Assembly (NCBI GenBank): GCA_938092135.1
Contig: CALLJL010000015.1
Coordinates: 1,522-65,521, forward strand
DNA length: 64,000 bases
Reading direction: 5' to 3'
Source: an uncultured bacterium
GTDB taxonomy: Bacteria; Acidobacteriota; Aminicenantia; Aminicenantales; CALLJL01
This document shows, one piece after another, positions 9,880 to 18,460 of this stretch. The notes beneath the pieces are model-generated. The model searched no databases, was not told the DNA's origin, and worked only from the letters and a program-made list of their open reading frames with translations. Each line of letters opens with the position of its first letter. Position 1 is the stretch's first letter. A program made the translations under genes and the position numbers.

Positions 9880-12060
9880 TTATTGTCTTTTAATTCTTTC
9901 CTCGCAGGTTTGGATGAGAAAAATAAGTTTTTCTTTTTCGTCTTTCGATAAAGCTGCTCCTGTTTTTTCCAAATATGTTTTAAATAAGGGAAGAGCTTTT
10001 TGAAATTGGGCTTTTTCCATATAAGCTAATCCCAGGAAATAATAAATTTGAGGCGATTCATGACTTAGTTCTAAAGCTTTTTCCCAGCAATAAATCGCTC
10101 CATCAATATTGCCTATAAGACGATAAATCATGGCTAAGCCATTATAGGCTTGAGAGAAGTCAGGATCAATTGCAATTGCTCTTTTAAATTTTTCCATTGA
10201 GAGCTCAAGAAGGCGGCGCTCTTTTGTTTTAAAAAAAAGAGATAAATAGGCTGAACCTAGATTAGCCATTAAAGGAGCGTATTGCTCATCCACAGAAATT
10301 GCCAGTTCATAAATTTCAATAGCCTTTTTCAGATCACCTTTCTGATAGTAAGCCAGAGCGAGGAGATTCATTATTTCAGGATCAGAAGAAGCGCGGGGAA
10401 ATCGAGGCGAATTCTCCTCAAAAAACTTTATGGCCTCTTCAGCTTCTTTGGCTTCAATTAAAAGATTAAAGTAATTGAAAAAAAACTCATAGCTTGAAGG
10501 AATATTGGCCATGCCAAGCTTAAGCGTTTCTAAGGCCTTGTCGGGCCTTCCTTCTTGTTTATAGAGAATAGCCAGATTCGAGTAGGCGCTATCTAAAAAG
10601 GGACATTTCTTGATGATTTCTGTCAAAAGCTCAATAGCTCTCTGTTTTTCTCCCCTTTGATAAAGTCTTATTGCTTCAACAGCTTGATTATTATAAGGAA
10701 GAAGATTTTTAACATCATATTCCGGACTGAAAAACTGTTTTCTTTCGACAGGTTGGCTCGAAGTATATCCGAGGCTTCGTAGCTTTTCAAGTCTTTCTCG
10801 ATCAGCTTTGGCTTGAGCTATCTTCTCTCGAGCGCCAGAGAGAGAGGTGATGAGAGAATTAAGTTCGGCTTTATATTTTTGAACCACTCCAGAGCTAATG
10901 AGATTATTTTTTTCCGCAAAATCCTTTTGAAGATCATAAAGTTCCGGCAAAGGCGAGTCAATAAACTTGACATTCTTCTGATAAAAACCTCTGATAGGAG
11001 CCCAACCACGACTATAATAGGGATAAAGAGATTCGAAATAAATTTTGCGTTCTGGCCATTTTTTCCCTTTGACGATAGAAAGTAAAGAAATACCTTGAAG
11101 CTCGCTAGGAGGGGAGGAATTTATCAATTCTGCGATCGTAGGAAAGATATCAATATGACTGACAAACTCATCTATTATGGTTGGTTTCATTCCAGGCACA
11201 ATCATTATCAGAGGGACCCAGAGAGTTGAATTGTAGGCAAGGAAACCATGGGTTTCCTCGCCGTGTTCACCCAAAGATTCGCCATGATCAGCGGTAAAGA
11301 TAATAACTGTTGAAGAGCGATAGGATTCTGTTTCCAGAAGATCAATAAGCGGCTTTAGGGCATGATCCACATAGGCCACCTCTCCGTTGTAAGGGTCATT
11401 AGCATATTGAAAACTAAAGGGCGGGGGCGGTTCATAGGGATCATGGGGATCATAACAGTGAATCCAGAGAAACCAGGGGGAAGACTGGTTTTTTAACCAG
11501 TTGAGAGCTGGCTGGATAACCTCTTCGGCTCGCCTTTCCAGATTGGCTAACTTCTGCTTATGAGGACGAGAATAATTATCATCATAGATATTAAATCCCT
11601 GGTTGAGACCAAAACGATGGTCTAAAAGATAAGAACCTACGAAAGCGGCTGTTTGATATCCAGCCTTCTGCAAAAATTCAGCCAGGGTGAAAAAATCTTC
11701 AGCGACAATAAAATTTAAATTATCATGAACTCCATGAAAAAGAGGGGTTGTGCCTAACAAAATATTGGCGTGCGAAGGAAGAGTCGTTGGGGTATGAGCC
11801 AAGGCCCGACGAAAAATGATACCCCGCCGAGCTAATCGGTCGATATTTGGAGTTAAAGGTCTCGCGCTACCGTAGCAACTAAGCCGGTCTGCTCTCAGAG
11901 TATCTATAGTTATTAAAAGAAGGTTTGGCTTTTTAGTCGTAGCTAAGGATAGCTTTCCTAACAGAAAAGGACTAAAAATTAAAAAAAGAGATAAAATTAT
12001 TTGACTTATCTTAGGCTTGATTCTTTTAAACGCAAATTTCATCGGAGGCTTAAAAAACAT
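9880..12060 (-). CDS. Sulfatase-like (alkaline-phosphatase superfamily) hydrolase/transferase fused to C-terminal TPR repeats
   Basis: 726 aa. N-terminal membrane anchor. LLLITIDTLRADRL metal-binding motif, TPTTLPSH (Thr rather than the Cys/Ser-x-P-x-R sulfatase nucleophile box), and TADHGESLGEHGE. The C-terminal ~280 aa are TPR units (AYSNLAILYKQEGRPDKALE, NLLALAYYQKGDLKKAIEIYE). Confidence 0.75.
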   Translation of the reverse strand: MFFKPPMKFAFKRIKPKISQIILSLFLIFSPFLLGKLSLATTKKPNLLLITIDTLRADRLSCYGSARPLTPNIDRLARRGIIFRRALAHTPTTLPSHANILLGTTPLFHGVHDNLNFIVAEDFFTLAEFLQKAGYQTAAFVGSYLLDHRFGLNQGFNIYDDNYSRPHKQKLANLERRAEEVIQPALNWLKNQSSPWFLWIHCYDPHDPYEPPPPFSFQYANDPYNGEVAYVDHALKPLIDLLETESYRSSTVIIFTADHGESLGEHGEETHGFLAYNSTLWVPLIMIVPGMKPTIIDEFVSHIDIFPTIAELINSSPPSELQGISLLSIVKGKKWPERKIYFESLYPYYSRGWAPIRGFYQKNVKFIDSPLPELYDLQKDFAEKNNLISSGVVQKYKAELNSLITSLSGAREKIAQAKADRERLEKLRSLGYTSSQPVERKQFFSPEYDVKNLLPYNNQAVEAIRLYQRGEKQRAIELLTEIIKKCPFLDSAYSNLAILYKQEGRPDKALETLKLGMANIPSSYEFFFNYFNLLIEAKEAEEAIKFFEENSPRFPRASSDPEIMNLLALAYYQKGDLKKAIEIYELAISVDEQYAPLMANLGSAYLSLFFKTKERRLLELSMEKFKRAIAIDPDFSQAYNGLAMIYRLIGNIDGAIYCWEKALELSHESPQIYYFLGLAYMEKAQFQKALPLFKTYLEKTGAALSKDEKEKLIFLIQTCEERIKRQ

Positions 12061-12208
12061 ATTGCCAGATTAGATTTTATTAGGCAAGTTTCAGGACTTA
12101 TCAGCCAAAGAAACGACCTTAAAAGTAAACTCCCGACCGCAGCCTTTGTCAAGATTTGCTTTTCTTTATTTGATTCAAACATTTTTTCATGAGTATAGAG
12201 GAATTATC

Positions 12209-12238
12209 TTGACATATTTTTTTTCTTAAGATTATAAG
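12209..12238 (+). promoter_or_regulatory. Putative sigma-70 promoter of the GH3 gene
   Basis: TTGACA (12209-14), 18 nt spacer, TATAAG (12233-38). GGGGAGGG Shine-Dalgarno before the ATG at 12261. Confidence 0.45.
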
Positions 12239-12260
12239 GAAAGTAAATGGGGAGGGAAAA

Positions 12261-14957
12261 ATGAGAATTAAAAAGAAAATATTCTTAGCCAGGTTGCTTC
12301 TTTTATTTTCCTCCTTTATTTATTTTTCTTTCCTTTTAATTATGACCGGCTGTAAAGGTCGGCCTTCTGCGCAGGAATTACCTTATAGGAATTCCAAACT
12401 TTCCATTGAAGAGAGAATCAAAGATCTTTTGAAAAGAATGACCCTCGAGGAGAAAATTGGTCAGCTCCAATGTTATCTCGGGGAAGTAGAAGGTAAAGGA
12501 ATAATTGAGGCTGGTATCGGTCATTTAGCTGTAACTTTGAGAAATTATGGACCTAGGGAGAGCGCTGAAAAGGCGAATCGACTTCAGCAAATAGCTCGCG
12601 AGAAAACAAGACTCGGGATTCCCCTTCTTATTCATGATGAAGCTTTGCATGGTATATGTGCCCGGGGTGGAACAAGCTTCCCTCAGGCGATCGGGCTGGC
12701 GGCGACCTGGAATCCCGAATTGATTCTAAAAATAGCCAGGGTCATTGGGCGAGAAACAAGAACCCGAGGCATACGACACGTTCTTTCGCCGGTAGTTAAT
12801 ATAGCCCGTGATGTTCGCTGGGGAAGAACAGAAGAAACCTATGGAGAAGATCCCTACCTTACTTCTCGCCTAGGAGTGGCCTTTTGCCAAGGAATTGAAG
12901 CTGAAGGGGTTGTGGCCACGCCCAAACATTTTGCCGCTAATGTGGGCGATGGTGGCCGAGATTCAAATGCCATTCATTTTAATGAAAGACTGCTTAGAGA
13001 AATTTATTTTCCCGCCTTTAAAGCTTGCTTTCAGGAAGGGGGAGCCCAGTCGGTGATGGCTGCCTACAATTCCATTGATGGTCTACCCTGTTCAGCCCAT
13101 CCCTGGCTCTTAACCCATATTCTTCGCCGAGAATGGAATTTTCAGGGCTTTGTTGTTTCTGATTATGGCTCTGTTTCAGGTATTTTGACGATGCATCGAG
13201 TAGCCACCACTAAAAAAGAGGCAGCTGCTCTGGCCCTAAAAGCCGGGCTCGATGTGGAACTTCCCTCTGTAAACATTTATGGCCAACCACTTTTTGAGGC
13301 AGTAAAGGAAGGTCTTGTAGGTGAAAAGGATATTGACAGAGCTGTCAGCCGGGTTTTAAGAGTTAAATTTAAGCTTGGCCTTTTTGATAATCCCTGGGTA
13401 GACCCTGAAGAAGCTTCGCGAGTCAACGATTCTCTTGAACATAGGGAGCTGGCCCTCGAGGCAGCTCGACAGTCTATCGTGCTTTTAAAAAATGAAGGCT
13501 CCCTTTTGCCCCTGAAAAAGAAATTGCGCAAAATCTTTGTTTGTGGTCCTAATGCTGATGCCGTTAGACTCGGCGGCTACAGTGGTTTTGGCATGAAAGT
13601 AGTTACCATACTTGAAGGCATAAAAGCCAAGGTTGATCCTTTAACCGAAGTTAAATTCATTCGTGGGTGTGAGCTTGAGTTAAGTCCATTGCCAGCTGTT
13701 GATTCTAAATATCTAATTCCTTATAAGGAGAAAACTGAAGTTCATGGTTTGCGAGGCGAATATTTTAACAATATGAAGCTTGAAGGAGAACCGGCTCTAG
13801 TGCGAATTGATCCTGAGATCAATTTTGATTGGGGATCTGCCTCACCTGATCCCCAATTACCTACGGATCAGTTTTCAGTTCGCTGGACTGGCTATTTAAT
13901 TCCGCCGAAAACAGCCCTTTACCGACTTGGGATGACGACTGATGATGGAGTTCGTTTTTATCTCGATGGTCATTTGCTTATTGATTTCTGGTCTGATCGA
14001 GCTCCCTCCACCGATTTTATCACAGTTAAATTAGAGGGTGGCCGGGCCTATGAAATTAAAATCGAATATTATGAAAATGGGGGAGGAGCTGTAGCTAGAT
14101 TAGGCTGGGATCTAGCCACTGAAGAGGAGAAAACAATTAAAGAAATTCTAACTGAAGCCAGGGGTGCAGACGTAGCCATCTTTGTGGCTGGAATTTTGGA
14201 AGGAGAGGGACGCGACAGGGCCAATCTGGATCTTCCAGGACCTCAAAATAAAATCATTAAAGCTTTGGCCGACTCTGGTCTTCCGGTAGTGGTTATCCTA
14301 ATGACTGGAAGCGCAGTTACCATGGAAAACTGGTTTAATCAGGTGCCAGCCATCCTTCAAGTCTGGTATCCCGGCGAAGAGGGTGGAAAAGCAGTGGCTG
14401 ATGTCCTTTTTGGTGATTATAACCCCGGGGGGAAATTACCGATAACCTTTCCTCGTCATGTAGGCCAGATGCCTCTTTATTATAATCCAAAGCCAACCGG
14501 TCGAGGCTGGGATTATGTCGATATGAGTGGTCAGCCTCTTTTTCCCTTTGGGCACGGCCTGAGTTATACCCAATTTGAATATAGGGAGTTAAAAATCGAG
14601 CCGGAAATTATCACCCAGCAGGAGGAAATAATTATTCAGGCCAGAATTAGAAACTCTGGCGAGCTTGCAGGAGATGAGGTTGTGCAGCTTTATATCTATG
14701 ATCCTGTGGCTTCAGTGGCCCGACCTTTAAAAGAACTTAAAGGATTTAAGAGAATCAGTTTGAATCCAGGGGAAGAAAAAACCGTTAATTTTATCCTTAA
14801 ATTAACTGATCTGGCTTTCCTTGACTCGAAGCTCAGGCTTGTCCTTGAACCAGGGGAAGTGGTCGTTATGGTGGGAAGCTCTTCTTCCGATATTCGTCTT
14901 CAAGGAACTTTCCAAATTAAAGCCAAGAGAATTCTACAAGCTGGCCGGCAAACCTGA
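12261..14957 (+). CDS. Glycoside hydrolase family 3 beta-glucosidase/xylosidase-type enzyme with inserted PA14 domain
   Basis: 898 aa. Signal or lipoprotein-like N-terminus (LIMTGC). GH3 N-domain motifs EEKIGQL, HDEALHG, RWGR.EETYGEDP and GFVVSDYG (nucleophile Asp). PA14 insert GLRGEYFNNMKLEGEP..VRWTGYL..DDGVRFYLDG. C-terminal Fn3-like domain. Confidence 0.9.
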   Translation: MRIKKKIFLARLLLLFSSFIYFSFLLIMTGCKGRPSAQELPYRNSKLSIEERIKDLLKRMTLEEKIGQLQCYLGEVEGKGIIEAGIGHLAVTLRNYGPRESAEKANRLQQIAREKTRLGIPLLIHDEALHGICARGGTSFPQAIGLAATWNPELILKIARVIGRETRTRGIRHVLSPVVNIARDVRWGRTEETYGEDPYLTSRLGVAFCQGIEAEGVVATPKHFAANVGDGGRDSNAIHFNERLLREIYFPAFKACFQEGGAQSVMAAYNSIDGLPCSAHPWLLTHILRREWNFQGFVVSDYGSVSGILTMHRVATTKKEAAALALKAGLDVELPSVNIYGQPLFEAVKEGLVGEKDIDRAVSRVLRVKFKLGLFDNPWVDPEEASRVNDSLEHRELALEAARQSIVLLKNEGSLLPLKKKLRKIFVCGPNADAVRLGGYSGFGMKVVTILEGIKAKVDPLTEVKFIRGCELELSPLPAVDSKYLIPYKEKTEVHGLRGEYFNNMKLEGEPALVRIDPEINFDWGSASPDPQLPTDQFSVRWTGYLIPPKTALYRLGMTTDDGVRFYLDGHLLIDFWSDRAPSTDFITVKLEGGRAYEIKIEYYENGGGAVARLGWDLATEEEKTIKEILTEARGADVAIFVAGILEGEGRDRANLDLPGPQNKIIKALADSGLPVVVILMTGSAVTMENWFNQVPAILQVWYPGEEGGKAVADVLFGDYNPGGKLPITFPRHVGQMPLYYNPKPTGRGWDYVDMSGQPLFPFGHGLSYTQFEYRELKIEPEIITQQEEIIIQARIRNSGELAGDEVVQLYIYDPVASVARPLKELKGFKRISLNPGEEKTVNFILKLTDLAFLDSKLRLVLEPGEVVVMVGSSSSDIRLQGTFQIKAKRILQAGRQT

Positions 14958-15075
14958 TGCTTCTTCTCCCCAAGGAAGACTCTCCTCGGCCGCTAAATAA
15001 GTCGAAGCTATCTTGGCGGAAGAGAAATCTTAGATGGCTTTTTTACTGAATCCTTAGCCCGGAAAAGTTTGGTGG

Positions 15076-15104
15076 TTGACAGAGGAGAGGGGAGATTTTA
15101 TTAT
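15076..15104 (+). promoter_or_regulatory. Putative sigma-70 promoter of the VWFA-related gene
   Basis: TTGACA (15076-81), 17 nt spacer, TATTAT (15099-104). It lies inside the TTG-initiated ORF-track model, which argues for the ATG at 15135 as the true start. Confidence 0.5.
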
Positions 15105-15134
15105 GTAAAAGAAAGGTTAATTACAGGTACGAAA

Positions 15135-16430
15135 ATGAAAAGAAAAGAGATTATTATCTTAATTTTATTTTTCAATTTTCTTCTTTTTTCTTTTTATTAT
15201 AAATCCTGGTCAGATGAATTTCGGCCGATCGGTCAGCAGCGGCTTCAGGAAGAATCAATTGTTATAAATGTTGAAGTTCCTGTCCGGGTGTTTAGGGGCA
15301 ATCAATTTGTGGATAATTTAACGCTTAGTGATTTTGAAGTAACTGAGGATGGGATTCCCCAGAAAGTTGAAGCTGTTTATTTAATTAAGAAGAGATCAAT
15401 CGAACGGCGGGAAGAAGAAAGGGCTTTTAGACCAACAACTATTCGCAACTTTTTTCTTATTTTTGAAATCAACGAATATATGCCTAAACTTAATGAGGCC
15501 TTAGATTTTTTTGTTCTTGAAGTTTTAAAACCAGGCGATAATTTGTTTCTGATGACACCTTTGAAGAGCTATCGCCTTTCAGCTCAGGCAATGGAAGCCA
15601 GACCAAGGGAAAAAATCCTTGAACAATTGAAGGGACTTGTCCGCCGGGATACTCTTATCGGGGCAAGTGAGTACAGGCGAATCCTTTCTGAAATGGAAGC
15701 CTTATCCAAGTCCTTGGCCCAACTTGTCTCTGGCCAGGCAAATCTTCCTGCCGGAAGCATTGATACGCCCTTGATGGTTATGGACAATCTGGACTCAGTT
15801 GGGGAACAGCCAAGATCTTTCGATGAGCAGCTGCAACGCTATGTGGAATTGCTCGCCCAGTTAGAAAACATAAGAAAAGTTGATGAAGCCAATTTTTTGG
15901 CCTTTGCTGATTTTCTCAAGAATATGGCCGGCCAGAAATATGTTTTTCTTCTCTATCAAAAAGAGTATATTCCCAAAATTGATCCGAAAATTCTTTATCA
16001 GTATATTGAAATGTATCAGGATAGGCCAGATATCTATCAGACTATTACCGGTGTCTTTGAATTTTATCGCCGGGAAATGAGCCTGGATACCGAAAAGATC
16101 CGGAGAGCTTTTTGCGATTCCTCGATTTCAGCCCATTTCATGTTCATTACTACCCCCAGGAAAGATCTGGTTGGGGTTAGAACCGAGGAACAAGTTGATG
16201 ATATCTTCAGTGCTTTTAATGAGATTGCTAAGGCCTCGGGCGGCTTTGTGGATAGTTCTTCTAACCCAGCCTCGCTTTTAATGAGAGCTGTGGAAGCCAG
16301 TGAAACTTATTATTTGTTATATTATACGCCTACAAATAAAGAGCGAGATGGCCGTTTCCGAGAAATCAAGGTTAAGGTTAATGTTCCAGGCGTCAGTGTT
16401 GTCCATCGTCAAGGATATTTTGCTCGCTGA
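15135..16430 (+). CDS. VWFA-related domain protein (family typical of Acidobacteria; TIGR03436-like)
   Basis: The ORF-track model starts at TTG 15069. I prefer ATG 15135 (MKRKEIIILILFFNFLLF signal anchor). N-terminal INVEVPVRVFRGNQFVDNLTLSDFEVTEDGIPQKVEAVY and C-terminal YYLLYYTP.NKERDGRFREIKVKVNVPGVSVVHRQGYFA match the characteristic ends of this family. Confidence 0.75.
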   Translation: MKRKEIIILILFFNFLLFSFYYKSWSDEFRPIGQQRLQEESIVINVEVPVRVFRGNQFVDNLTLSDFEVTEDGIPQKVEAVYLIKKRSIERREEERAFRPTTIRNFFLIFEINEYMPKLNEALDFFVLEVLKPGDNLFLMTPLKSYRLSAQAMEARPREKILEQLKGLVRRDTLIGASEYRRILSEMEALSKSLAQLVSGQANLPAGSIDTPLMVMDNLDSVGEQPRSFDEQLQRYVELLAQLENIRKVDEANFLAFADFLKNMAGQKYVFLLYQKEYIPKIDPKILYQYIEMYQDRPDIYQTITGVFEFYRREMSLDTEKIRRAFCDSSISAHFMFITTPRKDLVGVRTEEQVDDIFSAFNEIAKASGGFVDSSSNPASLLMRAVEASETYYLLYYTPTNKERDGRFREIKVKVNVPGVSVVHRQGYFAR

Positions 16431-16661
16431 TAATTAGTTGGTAAGCTAATTAATTCTTTCAGTTCTTCCTATAGCCTAAAAATGATTTAAAGCTGTCTTC
16501 TATTTTTAACTAAATCAATTTTTTAACCTCTTCTTTTCCTGCAGTCTCAGCCCATTTTAGTTTCATCTTTAAATTAATCTTTTTCTTACATCTTTTTACT
16601 TTCTTATCTATCCCCTTGCGTTAACATTATAAAAAAGTTTCAGAGGCATTAAGCAAGAGAG

Positions 16662-18101
16662 GTGAGAAAATATTTTGTGGCAAACGTTTTCCTTGTTGCC
16701 ATGGAGCTTGAGAGAATCCGACTGCACGCTCTTGAATATCTTTGGTTTATTTTAAAAAAAGAAATATCTACTGATGAGGCCGCTATTTGCTCTCAGGAAG
16801 CAAAAGGTCGCTGGAAACCCCTTTTAATTAGCGGGGAAAAAATGAAGCAATGGATGCTTGATCAGCCAACAAAAATTGACGAAATAATTCATAGAGAAAA
16901 GAATTATAGATATCAGGATAATTATCTTGGCCATTTTCTTATATATCCCTTCAATGGATCTTCCCGCCCAACCATAATGATTTTTTATCGGCGAGCGGAA
17001 GCTTTCAGTGATTTTGAACTTGAAATTATTAATTTGATGGCTGAACCCATAGCCTCTTTCTTGAGGCGGTCGGCTGAAAACGATACTTTTCCTCCTTCCG
17101 ATTATAGCGAAGATCCCATCCTAAAAGAATTAATCATAGGTGAAAGTGAAGTCATCAAGAAATTGAGAAGAACTATTAGCCAAATAAAATGGAGTGATGC
17201 TCCTGTTCTAATTGTGGGCGAAAGCGGAACAGGTAAGGAACTTGTGGCCAGGACAATTCATCAGATTAGTCCCCGCAGTCAGGCGCCTTTTGTGGTCATC
17301 AATTGCGGAGCTATTCCAGAACATCTTCTCGAAAGTGAGCTCTTTGGCCATGTTCGAGGGTCCTTTACGGGAGCTCTTCGAGATAAGCGAGGTCTGGTAG
17401 AGGAAGCTCATGGGGGGACTCTCTTTTTAGATGAAATTGGCGATCTCGCTTTTCCTTTACAGGCGAAAATTCTGAGATTAATTCAGGAAAAGGAATTCCG
17501 TCGAGTTGGCGAAACCAAAGTTCGCCATTCAGATGTGCGTTTCTTAAGTGCCACTAACCGCCAGCTCGAAAATGAAATAAAGGCCGGGCGATTTAGAGAG
17601 GATTTATACTACCGTCTAAAAATAATTACTCTGGAAATGCCACCTTTGCGGGAAAGAAAAGAGGACCTTTTTCTTTTAGTCAATCATTTCTTAAAAATCT
17701 TTGGTCCCAAATCGGGCAAGCCGAAAGCTTTTATCTCTCCTGAAGCTATGGAGAAGCTTCTCGAATATGATTGGCCAGGCAATATTCGCGAATTACAGAA
17801 TGAAATTCAACGAGCTCTTATCCTTTGCGGACCTGATGGAATCATTGAAGAAAAAGACTTGTCGCCTAAATTTTTCGAAAATCAAGGAGAGAAGATTCAA
17901 AGAGTGGAAAATTTTTTTAATGCCAGGGCTGAATTTGAACGTCGTTTTCTTCGAATGGCCCTGGCTCGCTATAATTATAATCGAACCAAAACGGCTGATA
18001 ATCTTGGTTTAAGCCGCCAGGGATTGACTAAGTTGCTAAAGAAGTATTCACTGATCGAGGGAAGAAAGCTAGATCAAAGAAAAATGTCTAAAAAAGTTTA
18101 A
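16662..18101 (+). CDS. Sigma-54-dependent transcriptional activator (GAF-like N-domain, AAA+ domain, Fis-type HTH); no receiver domain
   Basis: 479 aa with a GTG start (start uncertain; ATG at 16701 also possible). Walker A GESGTGKE, GSFTGA (GAFTGA-type sigma-54 contact loop), ESELFGH, and C-terminal HTH KTADNLGLSRQGLTKLLKK. Confidence 0.85.
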   Translation: MRKYFVANVFLVAMELERIRLHALEYLWFILKKEISTDEAAICSQEAKGRWKPLLISGEKMKQWMLDQPTKIDEIIHREKNYRYQDNYLGHFLIYPFNGSSRPTIMIFYRRAEAFSDFELEIINLMAEPIASFLRRSAENDTFPPSDYSEDPILKELIIGESEVIKKLRRTISQIKWSDAPVLIVGESGTGKELVARTIHQISPRSQAPFVVINCGAIPEHLLESELFGHVRGSFTGALRDKRGLVEEAHGGTLFLDEIGDLAFPLQAKILRLIQEKEFRRVGETKVRHSDVRFLSATNRQLENEIKAGRFREDLYYRLKIITLEMPPLRERKEDLFLLVNHFLKIFGPKSGKPKAFISPEAMEKLLEYDWPGNIRELQNEIQRALILCGPDGIIEEKDLSPKFFENQGEKIQRVENFFNARAEFERRFLRMALARYNYNRTKTADNLGLSRQGLTKLLKKYSLIEGRKLDQRKMSKKV

Positions 18102-18103
18102 TA

Positions 18104-18132
18104 TTGTCAAAGCCGTTTTCTTTTGTTAAATT
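18104..18132 (+). promoter_or_regulatory. Putative sigma-70 promoter very close to the start codon of the small 2-Cys protein gene
   Basis: TTGTCA (18104-09), 17 nt spacer, TAAATT (18127-32). Only 9 nt (ATTCAAGTT, no Shine-Dalgarno) lie before the ATG at 18142. Confidence 0.35.
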
Positions 18133-18141
18133 ATTCAAGTT

Positions 18142-18408
18142 ATGAAATCTGAAAATAAAAATGTTTTTGAAATAGAATGTCCTCACTGCGGGGCAAGTAT
18201 TTGGGTTGATGCTTATTTAAAAAGTGTAATTAAAGTAGAAAAAGGTCAGAAAAAAAGAGCTTCCCTTGAAGACTTATTGGCCAAGGAAAGGGAGAGACGC
18301 GCTGCCTTTGACCGAAAATTTGAAGCCACGGCTGAGTTAGAGAAGAAGAAAAAAGAGAAAGCCAGGGAAAAATTCGAAAAAGCTTTAGAAAAGGTAGAAG
18401 AAGATTAA
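18142..18408 (+). CDS. Small protein with single CxxC knuckle and lysine/glutamate-rich helical tail, function unknown
   Basis: 88 aa. FEIECPHCGASIWVD is followed by a highly charged predicted helix (KERERRAAFDRKFEATAELEKKKKEKAREKFEKALEKVEED). Only two Cys residues. Confidence 0.5.
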   Translation: MKSENKNVFEIECPHCGASIWVDAYLKSVIKVEKGQKKRASLEDLLAKERERRAAFDRKFEATAELEKKKKEKAREKFEKALEKVEED

Positions 18409-18460
18409 TTTCGAGATAAGGTAATAAGATTAAAAAATTTATTCCGATTCCAGACTATTT

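Noticed and set aside
12001-12192. 63-aa plus-strand ORF spanning the start of the sulfatase-like gene and the divergent promoter region.
   Set aside because: It overlaps the 5' end of a supported gene on the other strand and runs through promoter DNA. It has no SD and no recognisable features.
15069-15134. TTG-initiated 22-codon extension of the VWFA-related gene.
   Set aside because: A well-formed TTGACA-17-TATTAT promoter lies inside it (15076-15104). The ATG at 15135 begins a typical signal-anchor sequence.
16431-16460. AT-rich palindrome TAATTAG-N8-CTAATTA after the VWFA gene, considered as a terminator.
   Set aside because: The stem is only 7 bp of A/T pairs and is not followed by a T-tract, so it is too weak to call.
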